A stretch of DNA of 64,000 bases from Deinococcota bacterium (lineage in GTDB: Bacteria; Deinococcota; Deinococci; Deinococcales; Thermaceae): NCBI GenBank assembly GCA_041695225.1, contig JBGFRI010000005.1, positions 37,272-101,271 of the forward strand, written 5' to 3'. Every line of letters starts with the position of its first letter. Position 1 is the stretch's first letter. Shown in pieces: positions 42,799 through 53,517 of this stretch. The position numbers were made by a program, and so were the translations under genes. The notes beneath the pieces are model-generated. The model ran no database searches, was not told the DNA's origin, and saw only the letters and a program-made list of their open reading frames with translations.

Positions 42799-43488
42799 GT
42801 GAAAGTACTGGAAGTGCGTGACCTTGCTAAGCGCTTTATCCTGCACCAGACCGGCCGGGAGATTCCAGCGTTCAGTAGCCTCAGCTTCGATCTGGCCGCA
42901 GGCGAATTCTTGCTGGTGGCCGGGCCTAACGGGGTAGGGAAGTCTACCCTGTTGCGCTCGCTTTTTCGCACCTACCGGCCCAGCGCTGGCTCGGCCTGGT
43001 TTTACTCGAATTATGGCCGGGTTGACCTGGCCCGCGCCGCCGACGTGGATATTGCCCTGCTGCGGCGGGAGGAGATCGGGATGGTCAGCCAGTTCCTGCG
43101 CCCCCGCCCGCGGGTGACTGCCCTGGAACTGGTGGCCGAACCGCTGCTGGAGGCCGGGCAGCAGGATGCTTTTACTACTGCCGAGCGCTTTTTGCGAGCC
43201 TTTGCCCTCAAACCCGAGCTGTGGGCTGCTTATCCCAGCACCTTTTCCGGCGGGGAGCAGCAGAAGGTCAACCTGGCCCGGGCCCTGATCCAGCCCCGTC
43301 GCTTGCTGCTGCTAGATGAGCCGACAGCCAGCCTGGACCACCAGACCCGCGAGGCCCTGGTGGCGCGGCTGGCCGAGCTGAAAGCAGAGGGTACCGCCCT
43401 GGTAGGAGTCTTTCACCACCCCGAGGAAGTGGAGCACTTGATTGACCGTGAGCTGCGCCTGGAGGTGCTGGAGTATGGAGCTAGGTGA
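42799..43488 (+). CDS. phnL: C-P lyase ATPase PhnL
   Basis: KRFILHQ, GPNGVGKST, STFSGGEQQKVN, LLLDEPTASLD, GVFH. Confidence 0.92.
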   Translation: MKVLEVRDLAKRFILHQTGREIPAFSSLSFDLAAGEFLLVAGPNGVGKSTLLRSLFRTYRPSAGSAWFYSNYGRVDLARAADVDIALLRREEIGMVSQFLRPRPRVTALELVAEPLLEAGQQDAFTTAERFLRAFALKPELWAAYPSTFSGGEQQKVNLARALIQPRRLLLLDEPTASLDHQTREALVARLAELKAEGTALVGVFHHPEEVEHLIDRELRLEVLEYGAR

Positions 43489-44695
43489 TACCACCCTCGA
43501 CCATGTCACTTCCCGTCCATTGTGGCTGAGTGAGCTGCGACTGGTGCTGCCGGACCGGGTGCTGGAATCGGCCTCGTTGCGCATCGAGGGTGGGCGGGTG
43601 GCCGAGGTGCGTGAAGGCCCGGCCCCCCACCCCGACCTGCACTGTGCGGGCCTGACTGCGATACCTGGCCTGGTAGATCTGCATGGCGATATGCTCGAGC
43701 GGGAGGTAGAGCCGCGCCCGGGCGCGCAGCTTCCCCTCGAGATGAGCCTGCTGGAGCTCGACAAGCGGCTGGCCGCAGCCGGCGTCACCACCGCCTACGC
43801 GGCCATCTCCTTCGCCGAGCATCGCCAGAAAGGCCAGATTCGCACCGAGGAACGGGCCCGCGAGCTGGTGCAGGGGGTTGCGGGCTTAAGAACCGGGCTG
43901 CTGGTGGACTTCCGGGTACACGCGCGATTCGACATAACCAACCCCCGCGCCGCCCCTGTGCTCACCGAGCTGCTGGGGGAGGGCCTGGTAGACATGGTCT
44001 CGCTCAACGACCACACCCCAGGCCAGGGGCAGTACCGCGACCTGGAGCACTATCTGGGCTTCATCGCTCGGTGGCGCGACCAGAGCCGCGAGGAAGTAGA
44101 AGCCCGCCTGCAAGAACGTCTGTTGCAGGCCAGGGACGTGCCGGTAGCCTGGGAGGTGGTAGCCGAGGTAGCCCAGCTTGCCGCCCAGAACGGGTTGAGA
44201 CTGGCCTCGCACGACGACGACACCCCAGCAAAAGTAGAGCTGGTACATAAGCTAGGGGCCAGCATCAGCGAGTTCCCGGTAACCAGGGAGGCCGCCCAGG
44301 AGGCCCGGCAGAGGGGCATGGCGGTGGTGATGGGCGCCCCCAACGCCCTGCGTGGGGGCTCGCTTGCGGGAAACCTGTCGGCCCTCGAGGCCCTGCAGGC
44401 GGGGCTGCTGGACATCCTGGCCGCCGACTACTACCCTGCCGCCATGCTCCAGGCCGCCTGGACGATTGCTGCACGCGGCTATCTGTCACTTCCGCAGGCC
44501 ATCGGCCTGGTTACCCTGAACCCGGCCCGCGCAGTAGGGCTGCACGACCGCGGGAGCCTGGTTCCAGGTCAACAAGCCGACCTGGTCTTGTTGGAGACCA
44601 GCCCACGGCTGCGGGTGGTAGGTACTTTGCGCCAGGGGCGTTTTATCTACTGGGCAGGGCACAAAATGCTGCGCTCTGCGGTGGCTGCTTGGTGA
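43475..44695 (+). CDS. phnM: Alpha-D-ribose 1-methylphosphonate 5-triphosphate diphosphatase PhnM (copy 1)
   Basis: PGLVDLHGD, SLNDHTPGQGQY, ASHDDDT, MGAPN, DYYP. Confidence 0.92.
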   Translation: MELGDTTLDHVTSRPLWLSELRLVLPDRVLESASLRIEGGRVAEVREGPAPHPDLHCAGLTAIPGLVDLHGDMLEREVEPRPGAQLPLEMSLLELDKRLAAAGVTTAYAAISFAEHRQKGQIRTEERARELVQGVAGLRTGLLVDFRVHARFDITNPRAAPVLTELLGEGLVDMVSLNDHTPGQGQYRDLEHYLGFIARWRDQSREEVEARLQERLLQARDVPVAWEVVAEVAQLAAQNGLRLASHDDDTPAKVELVHKLGASISEFPVTREAAQEARQRGMAVVMGAPNALRGGSLAGNLSALEALQAGLLDILAADYYPAAMLQAAWTIAARGYLSLPQAIGLVTLNPARAVGLHDRGSLVPGQQADLVLLETSPRLRVVGTLRQGRFIYWAGHKMLRSAVAAW

Positions 44696-45101
44696 TGCCA
44701 GATCACGGGCAACAATACCGCTTGCGAGGCTGCCAGTACGCAAGGTCGCGAGCAAAAGCCCGCCTCGGTGGGCTGCAATACAAAAATACTTCAGGTTTAT
44801 GGCCGTCATCGCCAGGGGCCTAAAGCCCTTCAAGGGTGGAAAAAGGCGGCGACGCCCGGCCCAATGGCGGCGGAGGGCTCGCCGGATGGTGTGGCGGCTC
44901 GGGGTGAGGCCTGTTGGGACCTGGTGTTAAGAGCACACTGCCCAGGGCTTTTGCCCACTTGCCCCGAGGGAAATTCGACTCCGATGGTCTACGGCAGATC
45001 CGACGCTGCGCTTTGACCCGGGTATTTGTCAGGCCGAGGTAATAGGTCTGATGACGCTGGACTCACGGCCTCCCGTTAACTTTCTTGCGGGAGGTAGCCC
45101 T

Positions 45102-45878
45102 TTGATTCACCTCGAGTCTGTCACCCACCGCTTCGCCAACGGTACCCAGGCCCTGGCCGAGATCACCCTGGAGATGCACCCGCATCACTTCACCGTGCTT
45201 ATTGGGCCATCCGGCGCGGGCAAGTCTACCTTAATGCGCGTGATCAACGGGCTGATTCGCCCCAGTGAAGGGCGGGTCTGGGTTGGAGGCCAGGAGATCA
45301 CCCGCGCCCCCGCTGCGGCCGCGCGGAAGGCCCGACGCGAGATCGGGATGGTCTTCCAGCAGTTTAACCTGGTGAAGCGCCTCACCGCGCTGGACAACGT
45401 CTTGCTGGGCCGCCTGGGCTACCGTGCCATGTGGCGCAGCCTGACCCGGGCCTTCCCCAAAGCAGAAGTGGAGTTCGCCTTTCACCTGCTGGAACGCGTA
45501 GGCATGGCCGACTACGCCTGGCAGCGGGCCGATACCCTGTCCGGTGGCCAGCAGCAACGGGTGGGTATTGCCCGGGCCCTTGCCCAAAAGCCCAGGGTAA
45601 TCCTGGCCGATGAGCCCATATCGGCCCTCGACCCCAAAAGCTCGGAGCAGGTGATGGCAATTTTACGCTCCATCCGCGATCAGGACGGCCTGATGGTCAT
45701 CGCCAACCTGCACTTTCTGGGCGCCGTTCGCGAGTATGCCGACCGGGTGATCGGGCTGCAAGCGGGCCGGGTGGTCTTCGATGGCAGCAATGGCGACCTT
45801 ACCGATGGCGCTGCGCGCATGCTCTACTACGGCGAAAACCCATTACCAACTGACTCACCACAACTGGCTATCTCATAG
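45102..45878 (+). CDS. phnC: Phosphonate ABC transporter ATPase (copy 1)
   Basis: [48 protein letters not shown]. Confidence 0.92.
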   Translation: MIHLESVTHRFANGTQALAEITLEMHPHHFTVLIGPSGAGKSTLMRVINGLIRPSEGRVWVGGQEITRAPAAAARKARREIGMVFQQFNLVKRLTALDNVLLGRLGYRAMWRSLTRAFPKAEVEFAFHLLERVGMADYAWQRADTLSGGQQQRVGIARALAQKPRVILADEPISALDPKSSEQVMAILRSIRDQDGLMVIANLHFLGAVREYADRVIGLQAGRVVFDGSNGDLTDGAARMLYYGENPLPTDSPQLAIS

Positions 45879-45887
45879 GAGGAAGAC

Positions 45888-46751
45888 ATGAAACGTTTGC
45901 TCAGCCTGATAGTTCTTTTGTTTGGCCTGGCCCTGGCCCAGCCCAGCCCAGCCCCCGGGGTCTGCCCCGCCGAGATCCGCTTCGGTATCCTGCCAGCCGA
46001 TGAGGCCGCGGTACGGTTGCGTTTTAATCCTCTGTTCGAGTACCTGCAGCAGCAGACCGGCAGCCGCTTCCGGGTTACGGTGGGGGCAGACTATGCCGCC
46101 ATCATTGTGGCCATGGCCCATGACCGCCTGGATCTTGCATGGTTTGGGCCAGAAGCCTACGTCCAGGCCGCCAGGCAGACCCGGGTAATACCGCTGGTCA
46201 TAGCGGACCGGGTAAATGCTGGCCGCTCCTATCACAGCCTGATCCTGGTGCGGGCCGACTCGCCCTTCCGCACCCTCGAGGATCTGCGCGGTAGAAACTT
46301 TGCCTTTGTTGACCCCAACAGCACCAGCGGCTATCTGATCCCGCTGGTTCATTTTCTGCGTGAGGCCCGCATACGTCCTGAAGACCACTTCCGCCAGGTG
46401 GTGTTCGCAGGTACCCACCCCGCCGCCATTCTGAGCGTTCTCAACGGCAGGGTAGACGCCACCGCTACTGCAGACACGACCCTGAGCCGGATGATTGCAG
46501 CGGGCCAGGCCAGACGGGAAGATTTCCGAGTCATCTGGACCTCACCCCCTATTCCTAACAGCCCCGTTACTGCAAGCGCACGGCTTTCTGTACCTTGCCG
46601 CGCCCTCATAACACGGGCTTTTCTGAGTCTGCGTGACCCCCGGGTGCTGGAAGGTTTTGGGGCCACGCGCTTTGTAGTGGTAACTGACGCCGAGTATGCC
46701 ATGGTGCGCGAGGCTGGTCGGTTGCGCGACGAGCTGGCCAGGCAGCGCTAG
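45888..46751 (+). CDS. phnD: Phosphonate ABC transporter substrate-binding protein (copy 1)
   Basis: Signal ALAQ; FAFVDPNSTSGYLIP, GTH, PPIPNSP. Confidence 0.9.
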   Translation: MKRLLSLIVLLFGLALAQPSPAPGVCPAEIRFGILPADEAAVRLRFNPLFEYLQQQTGSRFRVTVGADYAAIIVAMAHDRLDLAWFGPEAYVQAARQTRVIPLVIADRVNAGRSYHSLILVRADSPFRTLEDLRGRNFAFVDPNSTSGYLIPLVHFLREARIRPEDHFRQVVFAGTHPAAILSVLNGRVDATATADTTLSRMIAAGQARREDFRVIWTSPPIPNSPVTASARLSVPCRALITRAFLSLRDPRVLEGFGATRFVVVTDAEYAMVREAGRLRDELARQR

Positions 46752-46759
46752 GACCGCCC

Positions 46760-47590
46760 ATGCTTGAAGCCAGCCCACGCTCGCCCGTGACCAGACCCCC
46801 CGCGTCGGTTCAACGCGCCAAGCGTTTCAACCTGGTAGCAGCGGTCCTGGTACTTCTGGCACTGGCGGCAGCATATCCACTCACCGAGATCAGCCCAGGC
46901 GGGCTGATCTCGGGCATAGGTGACTCGGTTCGGTTCATTTTCGGCTCTCCTGACCGCCCCGGATCAGGTTTTTTCCCTCCCGATTTCTCTCGCATCGAGA
47001 CCTACACCGTGCAGATGCTGGTGACCGTGGCCATGGGCCTCTGGGGGACCGTGCTCTCGCTGGTGCTGGCAGTGCCACTGGCATTTATGGGGGCGCAAAA
47101 CGTGGCCCCTACCTGGTTATATAACCTGACCCGGCCGGTACTGGACTTCATGCGTGCGCTGCCCGACCTGGTGCTGGCGCTGATATTTGTAGCAGCGCTG
47201 GGTCTGGGCCCATTCCCCGGCATCATGGCGCTGGCCTTTAGCACCGTGGGCAGTCTGGGCAAGCTCATCTCCGAAGCCATCGAAGATGTGGACCCGGGCC
47301 AGGTCGAGGCAGTCAAGGCCACCGGAGCTTCCCCTTTGATGGTACTGCTGTATGGGTACTGGCCGCAGATCCTGCCACTCTTTACCTCTTACACTCTGTA
47401 CAGGTTCGAGGTTAACGTTCGGGCCGCGACCTTCCTGGGCATTGTTGGGGCAGGTGGCATCGGCTTTTACCTGCAGGAGGCCATGCGCGGCTTCGACTTT
47501 CAGGCTACTCTAGCGATCATTATCATCATCCTGATCACCGTGCGGCTGGTTGACTGGAGCTCGGCCAAGCTGCGGGCCCGGATCATCTAG
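46760..47590 (+). CDS. phnE: Phosphonate ABC transporter permease (copy 1)
   Basis: GLGPFPGIMALA, KLISEAIEDVD, LYRFEVNVRAATFLGIVGAGGIG. Confidence 0.92.
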   Translation: MLEASPRSPVTRPPASVQRAKRFNLVAAVLVLLALAAAYPLTEISPGGLISGIGDSVRFIFGSPDRPGSGFFPPDFSRIETYTVQMLVTVAMGLWGTVLSLVLAVPLAFMGAQNVAPTWLYNLTRPVLDFMRALPDLVLALIFVAALGLGPFPGIMALAFSTVGSLGKLISEAIEDVDPGQVEAVKATGASPLMVLLYGYWPQILPLFTSYTLYRFEVNVRAATFLGIVGAGGIGFYLQEAMRGFDFQATLAIIIIILITVRLVDWSSAKLRARII

Positions 47591-47758
47591 ACCGCTCTTC
47601 ACATACTTAGTATTCATTGCCCTGATGGGACCGAAGCAGTCCCGAGGGGTACCAGAGCACTCTGGCCGCCGGGGTGCTCTGGACTGCTTCACACCCGGAG
47701 CCTGGCCCTCTGCGCCATCGAGTTGGGTGGTCGCAATACCCAAAAATACAATCCTGTG

Positions 47759-47999
47759 GTCATTGCAAGGAGGCCCTTATTTTGTCATTGCGAGGAGGCC
47801 CTTGGGCCGACGAAGCAATGGACTGGGTGATGGAGTGGCCGAGGATGGGGATGATTAATCTATCCAGGAGAGGCTCGTAAGCCCATCAGCCGTCGAGGTG
47901 ATCTGGATTGCTTCGCATCCTTCGGATGCTCGCAATGACGAAAATATACGTTCCCGTCGTCATTGCGAGGAGGCCGCAGGCCGACGAAGCAATCCAGGA
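47759..47999. repeat. Cluster of GTCATTGCGAG...GAAGCAATC palindromic (REP-like) repeats
   Basis: Copies at 47784-47819 (+), 47905-47939 (-) and 47959-47999 (+), partial at 47759; includes the 45-bp repeat at 47818-47860. Confidence 0.85.
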
Positions 48000-48232
48000 G
48001 GGCATGCATGCAACTTGACTAGCGGGATGCTCGGGATCTCTCCTAACGGCCTGCAGGGCATCAGACTTTTGCCTCGAAACGCTCCTTACAAGCGCCGAGC
48101 CTCTTACAGCGTGCTCTTAGACCAAGCGTTGCCGAGGATTCACGGTAACCCAGTGTTTCAAGTCGAGGCAACCGGCCTGGTGGGTAGTGTGCGCTAAGTC
48201 TTTTGGGCTGGATCGGTCTGGGGCAAAAACAG

Positions 48233-49093
48233 TTAGCGAGACCGGGGGTCTAAGCGCTGGCGCATCCACTCACCAAGCAAATTGATGCTGAAGGCGGCCA
48301 GAGCAATGGCCAGCCCGGGGAAGATCACCATCCAGGGGTGGGTGCCCAGGTGAGGCCGCCCCAGAGCCAGCATATTTCCCCAGCTCGGCACGTCGGGAGG
48401 TACGCTCAGCCCCAGAAAGCCCAGCCCGGCCTCGTAAAAGATCATGGCCGAGACCTCGAAGGTAGCCAGGGTGGCCAGCGGGCCCAGCAGGTTGGGCAGC
48501 AGGTGGCGTAGCATTATGCGGCCATCGCTGCAACCCAGGCTGTACGCGGCCTCGACGTAAGGCAGGGCCTTGAGCCGCAAAACCTCCCCCCGCACCAGGC
48601 GGAAAAAGATTGGCGAACAGGTCACCCCGAACAACAGAATCACGTTTTCCAGGCTGCGCCCCAGCACCGAGGCCAGTACCACCACCAGCACCAGGTAGGG
48701 TACGGAGAGCAGCAGGTTGGTAACGCCGCTCAAAATGGCATCGAGCCGGCCCCCGTAGTAACCTGCCAGCAGGCCCAGCCCGACCCCCAGCACCAGGGCT
48801 ACCAACACCCCCAGAAAGCCTACCGTGAGCGATACCCGGGTTCCGTAAATTATGCGTGAGAGCAGATCCTGCCCGAGCTGGTCGGTTCCCAGCAGGTGGG
48901 CTGGGCTACCACCGGGATGCCAGGCGGGGGGCAGGTTGGCATTAATGAAATCGCCCGCATACGGGGAGTGAGGAGCAACCAGCGGTGCAAACACTGCCAC
49001 CAGCACCATCAGCAGCAGAAGTCCAGCCCCCAGAATGCCGCCAAAGTGTCTGCGCGCACGCGGAACAATGCGATGAGATTGAATATTCGCCAT
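48233..49093 (-). CDS. Peptide/nickel-type ABC permease (DppC-like)
   Basis: HLLGTDQLGQDLLSRIIYG, YVEAAYSLG, RHLLPN, FLGLSVPP. Confidence 0.92.
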   Translation of the reverse strand: MANIQSHRIVPRARRHFGGILGAGLLLLMVLVAVFAPLVAPHSPYAGDFINANLPPAWHPGGSPAHLLGTDQLGQDLLSRIIYGTRVSLTVGFLGVLVALVLGVGLGLLAGYYGGRLDAILSGVTNLLLSVPYLVLVVVLASVLGRSLENVILLFGVTCSPIFFRLVRGEVLRLKALPYVEAAYSLGCSDGRIMLRHLLPNLLGPLATLATFEVSAMIFYEAGLGFLGLSVPPDVPSWGNMLALGRPHLGTHPWMVIFPGLAIALAAFSINLLGEWMRQRLDPRSR

Positions 49094-49099
49094 ACTCGT

Positions 49100-50017
49100 T
49101 TATCCCAGCTTCACCCTGGGGTCTAGCCAGGCATAGAGCAGATCGCCAAGTAGCTGCACGGTAATGGCAAAGAAGGCCAGAAAAAGGGTTATGGCCTGCA
49201 CCAGGGGAAAGTCGGCGTCCTGGATAGCGGTGTTGAGCAGACTGCCCAGGCCCGGCCAGGCGAAAATGGTCTCGATGTAGATAGAGCCGCCCAGCAGATA
49301 GGTAAACTGAATTCCCAGCACGCTAACTAGCGGAATGGTCACGTTTGGCAGCACGTGCTTGGTGGCGACCCAGAACTCATTCAGGCCCTTGCCCTTGGCA
49401 GTGCGAACAAAGTCCGAGCCGCGAACCTCGAGCACACTCGCACGCACCAGCCTTACCAGCTGCGAGAAGCCGGCCAGCCCCAGCGCCAGCGCGGGCAGAA
49501 TTAGGGACGCGGGGTTGTCCCGGCCAAAGGAGGGCAGCCAGCCCAGCTCTACTGCAAACAGCAGGATTAGCAGCATTGCCAGCAGAAAACTTGGCACAAC
49601 CTGGCCCGAGAAAGCCAGCCACTGTACCAGCCGGTCAGCCAGGGTTGCCGGCCTGAACCCCGCGATAAGTCCCAACGGGACCGCCATGACCAGCACCAGT
49701 AACAGAGCTGCCAGGGCCAGCTCGAGGGTGACCGGTAAGCGCTGCCAGATTAGCTCGAGGTTGGGCTGCCGGGTACTAAGCGACAAGCCCAGATCACCCC
49801 GGACAAGGCTGGCCAGGTAGTTGTAAAACTGCTCCCACAAGTGCCCGTCCAGGCCCATCTCGGCCCGGAAAGCAGCGCGCTGTTCGGGGCCAGCTTCCTT
49901 GGGGAGCATCAGCGCTACCGGGTCGCCGGTGAGCCGCACCATGAAGAAGACCAGAAATAAAGCGCCCAGCATCAGCATTAGCGACTGTGCCAGGCGAAAG
50001 ACGAGGTAGTGAATCAT
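49100..50017 (-). CDS. Peptide/nickel-type ABC permease (DppB-like)
   Basis: GDLGLSL, DFVRTAKGKGL, ETIFAWPGLG, DFPLVQ. Confidence 0.92.
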   Translation of the reverse strand: MIHYLVFRLAQSLMLMLGALFLVFFMVRLTGDPVALMLPKEAGPEQRAAFRAEMGLDGHLWEQFYNYLASLVRGDLGLSLSTRQPNLELIWQRLPVTLELALAALLLVLVMAVPLGLIAGFRPATLADRLVQWLAFSGQVVPSFLLAMLLILLFAVELGWLPSFGRDNPASLILPALALGLAGFSQLVRLVRASVLEVRGSDFVRTAKGKGLNEFWVATKHVLPNVTIPLVSVLGIQFTYLLGGSIYIETIFAWPGLGSLLNTAIQDADFPLVQAITLFLAFFAITVQLLGDLLYAWLDPRVKLG

Positions 50018-50044
50018 TGATAGGGTCTTGAGCTTACTCCCGGT

Positions 50045-51580
50045 TTAGCGCACACTTACTCCCTTGAGGAAAAACTCCTCGGCGGCGCGGGGGCGGTAGT
50101 TTTGAACTCGAGCATTAACTGCCTCGAAGACCACCAACTGGTATAGATACGCAAAGGGGGGCTCGTCGAACATGCGCCGCTGAATCTGGCGGTAGACGGC
50201 AGCGCGAGCGGTACGGTCAACGGTCGTGCTGGCCTGGGTAATCAGACGGTACAGCTCGGCGTCCTCCCAGGTGTTGAAGAAGGCTCCCGGGGTTAGTGCA
50301 CCAATCAGGCGGGGCAGGGCTTCGCCCACCGTAGACGACCAGCTGTCTACATACATTGGCCCCACCGCGCCATAGCGCTCCTGGCTCCAGAAGGCGGCGC
50401 TGGTTCTGAACTCGAGGGTGAGGTCAATTCCCACCCTGGCCAGGTCGCGCTGAATCGCCAGGCAGACCTCGTTGATGTGCACATAGGCATCGGCCGGGCA
50501 GCCCATGCTGATACTGAAGCCACGCTCGAACCCGGCCTGGGCCAGTAGCTGTCTGGCCCGCTCCGGATTAAAGGGGAAAGGCTGTATGCTGGCGTCAAAG
50601 CCCAGATTGCCCTCAACCACAAAGCCCGAGATGAGCCTGGCGTGCCCACCGAAGATGGCCTGGATAATTCCCGGGCGGTTGATGGCATAGTTGATGGCCC
50701 GCCGCACCTCCACCCTTTCCAGGGGTGTTCCTCTGCCATTGCCCACATTCTTAAAACCGACGTAAAACACCCGGTCGTTGGGGTAGTTGATAACCCGGAC
50801 CCGGGGGTTGTTCTGCAGAGGGGTTACCAGGCCGGAGGTCAGGCGAAGGGCAATATCTACCTCTCCAGTACGCACTGCGGCCACCCGGGTGGTAGCATCG
50901 GGGATTACCCGGAAGACAACCCGCGCCAGCCGGGGCAGGCCCGGTTCGAAGTAGTTAGCATTGGCCTCGAGGACGATCCGGTCTCCGGCCACACGGGAAA
51001 GAAAGCGGAAAGGCCCGGTGCCTACTGGGCGGGCGGCAAACCCGTCGAGCCCAACCTGTCTGATGTAAACAGGGGGCACCATGGCCCAGTTGTTGGCAAG
51101 TATGTTGAGAAAAAGGGCGTTAGGAGCAGCTAGCACCAGGGTGACGCTGGTAGGAGAGTTGACCCGGACCTCTCTTACCAGGCTGTACATCTCGGCATAT
51201 TCGTTAGACTCGTCGCGGCCTGTTTCCCAGGTAGCCACTACACTCTGGGCATCAAATAACTCTCCGTTGTGAAATCTGACCCCGGTCCGCAGGGTGAAGG
51301 TGAACTCTCTACCGTCTGGCGAAACGCTCCAGCGGGTAGCCAGGTCGGGCGCAATCTCACCCTGGTCGTTGACCCAGACCAGTGAGTTATACATCTGCCA
51401 GGCCACATTATGGGCGGTACGGTCGGGAGCACGTGGCACAAACAGGCTTCTGGGGTCGTTGGGCAGGGCTATGGTCAGCTGGCCGCTGGGGCGGGGCGCC
51501 GCGGTCTGGGCCATAACTGCCGGTGTCAGCAGCAGAACCATCCAAAGTAGAACCAGGTAAGGCTTGACGAACTGTGACAT
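50045..51580 (-). CDS. Peptide/nickel-type ABC substrate-binding protein (family 5)
   Basis: PDLATRWSVSPDGREFTFTLRTGVRFHNG, PVGTGPF, VRRAINYAINR. Confidence 0.92.
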   Translation of the reverse strand: MSQFVKPYLVLLWMVLLLTPAVMAQTAAPRPSGQLTIALPNDPRSLFVPRAPDRTAHNVAWQMYNSLVWVNDQGEIAPDLATRWSVSPDGREFTFTLRTGVRFHNGELFDAQSVVATWETGRDESNEYAEMYSLVREVRVNSPTSVTLVLAAPNALFLNILANNWAMVPPVYIRQVGLDGFAARPVGTGPFRFLSRVAGDRIVLEANANYFEPGLPRLARVVFRVIPDATTRVAAVRTGEVDIALRLTSGLVTPLQNNPRVRVINYPNDRVFYVGFKNVGNGRGTPLERVEVRRAINYAINRPGIIQAIFGGHARLISGFVVEGNLGFDASIQPFPFNPERARQLLAQAGFERGFSISMGCPADAYVHINEVCLAIQRDLARVGIDLTLEFRTSAAFWSQERYGAVGPMYVDSWSSTVGEALPRLIGALTPGAFFNTWEDAELYRLITQASTTVDRTARAAVYRQIQRRMFDEPPFAYLYQLVVFEAVNARVQNYRPRAAEEFFLKGVSVR

Positions 51581-51770
51581 ATTTTCTCCTCTAAAAAAGC
51601 AGATTAACGGCTCAACTCAGTAAACCTAGTGGAAGTCTTGCGGGCCAGCGTCAGGAGATTTTCATCTCCTAGCCAATCTTCAAATGACACGAGAAATTTG
51701 TCTGTCTGGAAAACGCCTCACACCCGTTTGAGCTGACCCCGGCCTGACAGCAGCTCTCTAATCTACGCTC

Positions 51771-52571
51771 ATGACTCAGCCCTTCATCCGGTTAGAGCAG
51801 GTGACTCAGCGCTTTGGCAACGGTACGGTAGCGCTCTCTGATATCAATCTGGACTTCTGCACCGACCGCTTTGCGGTACTGATTGGCCCTTCGGGGGCAG
51901 GAAAGTCTACTCTGATGCGCCTGCTTAATGGGCTGCTGCGTCCAACCCAGGGCCGCGTGTTTTTGGGCGATCTGGAGCTTTCCCGGGCTTCCGAGGCCAG
52001 GGTGCGTCAGGCCCGGCGTCAGATTGGCATGGTCTTTCAGCAGTTCAATCTGGTCAAGCGCCTCACCGCGCTGGAAAATGTGCTGACGGGCCGGCTGGGG
52101 TATATGAACCCACTGGCCTCGAGCCTCAAGCTGTATAGGCGTAGCGACCGCGAGCTGGCCATGTTTCTACTCGAGCGGGTGGGCCTGGCCGACCAGGCCT
52201 GGCAGCGGGCCGACACCCTCTCGGGGGGCCAGCAGCAGCGGGTGGGCATCGCCCGGGCCTTAGCCCAGGAGCCGCGCCTGATTCTGGCCGATGAGCCGAT
52301 CTCGGCCCTGGACCCCAAGAGCGCAGAGCAGGTGATGGAGATCCTGCGCGATATCCAGAGCCAGGACGGCATCGCGGTAATCTGCAACCTGCACCACCTC
52401 GAGACCGTGCGCCACTACGCCGACCGGGTAGTAGCGCTCAAACGGGGCCGGGTGGTCTTCGACGGCCCAGCTGCCGGGCTGGACTCCGAGGTCTCCCACT
52501 CGCTTTACTACGACGAGACTACCCAAGCAGAGCAAGTACCCGCACTTACGCCGCAGTTCAGCCCAGCGTAA
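51771..52571 (+). CDS. phnC: Phosphonate ABC transporter ATPase (copy 2)
   Basis: Same motifs as copy 1; close paralogue. Confidence 0.92.
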   Translation: MTQPFIRLEQVTQRFGNGTVALSDINLDFCTDRFAVLIGPSGAGKSTLMRLLNGLLRPTQGRVFLGDLELSRASEARVRQARRQIGMVFQQFNLVKRLTALENVLTGRLGYMNPLASSLKLYRRSDRELAMFLLERVGLADQAWQRADTLSGGQQQRVGIARALAQEPRLILADEPISALDPKSAEQVMEILRDIQSQDGIAVICNLHHLETVRHYADRVVALKRGRVVFDGPAAGLDSEVSHSLYYDETTQAEQVPALTPQFSPA

Positions 52572-52632
52572 GCCCGGCCAATACTGGGGCCTGACAAATC
52601 AGCTTTAGCTTGAGCATTGGGAGGAGATTCTG

Positions 52633-53517
52633 ATGAAAAATATGCTTGTTCTGTTACTGGCTTTGGTACTCTCTTCGATGGCCCTGGCCCAGGCAGTAGA
52701 CCGCACCGGCTGGCCCCGCGAGATCACTTTTGCCACCGTACCTACCGAGACCGTCCGCGACGCCACCCTGCGCTGGCAGCCCTTCATTGACCATCTGCAG
52801 CAGCGGCTGGGTGTCCGGGTGGTCTTCCGTCCCGGCGCCGATTATGCCGCAGTGACCATCGCCATGGCCAACCGCCAGGTAGATGTGGCCTATTTTGGCC
52901 CGGCCTCCTACCTCGACGCCGTAACCCAGGCCGGCGCCCAGGCCTTCGCCAAAGAAGACTCGGTCACCGGAGGAGACGGGTACTACAGCCTGATTATTGC
53001 CCGGCGCGGCGGCCCCATCCGCACCCTGGCCGACGCCCGGGGCCAGCCTTTCGCCTTTGTGGACGTTGGCTCTACCTCTGGCTTTAGGGTACCCATGCAC
53101 GACTTCTGCACCCGGCTCAATATCGAGCCCACCCAGTACTTTAGCCGGATCTTTTTTGCCGGTACTCACCAGAACGTGATTCTGGGGGTTGCCAACGGCA
53201 CCATCCCGGTAGGCGCCACCTTCGACCTAGGGGTCATCGCCGCTACCCGCGAAGGCCGGATCAGGGGGCTGGAGCAAGAGTTTTATGTTCTGCACCGCTC
53301 GGCCAGAATTCCTTCCTCACCCCTGGCCTACCGCCGCGACCTGCCCGCAACCCTCAGGCGTGAGATTCAGCGGGCCATCCTGGAGTTCAACAACCCCGAG
53401 TGGTTTGCTGGGCTGGGGCTGCGGCGCTTTGTGGCTGCCACCCCAGAAGAGTACGAGTCCTTCCGGCCAGTGGTCGCCTTCCGCACATCCACCTGCCCGC
53501 CGCGCAGAGCCCCATGA
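52633..53517 (+). CDS. phnD: Phosphonate ABC transporter substrate-binding protein (copy 2)
   Basis: GAGGAG RBS; signal ALAQ; FAFVDVGSTSGFRVP, GTHQ, IPSSP. Confidence 0.9.
   Translation: MKNMLVLLLALVLSSMALAQAVDRTGWPREITFATVPTETVRDATLRWQPFIDHLQQRLGVRVVFRPGADYAAVTIAMANRQVDVAYFGPASYLDAVTQAGAQAFAKEDSVTGGDGYYSLIIARRGGPIRTLADARGQPFAFVDVGSTSGFRVPMHDFCTRLNIEPTQYFSRIFFAGTHQNVILGVANGTIPVGATFDLGVIAATREGRIRGLEQEFYVLHRSARIPSSPLAYRRDLPATLRREIQRAILEFNNPEWFAGLGLRRFVAATPEEYESFRPVVAFRTSTCPPRRAP

Noticed and set aside
47898-48197. 99-aa ORF after phnE1
   Set aside because: It starts inside REP palindromes, has no RBS and no recognisable motif.
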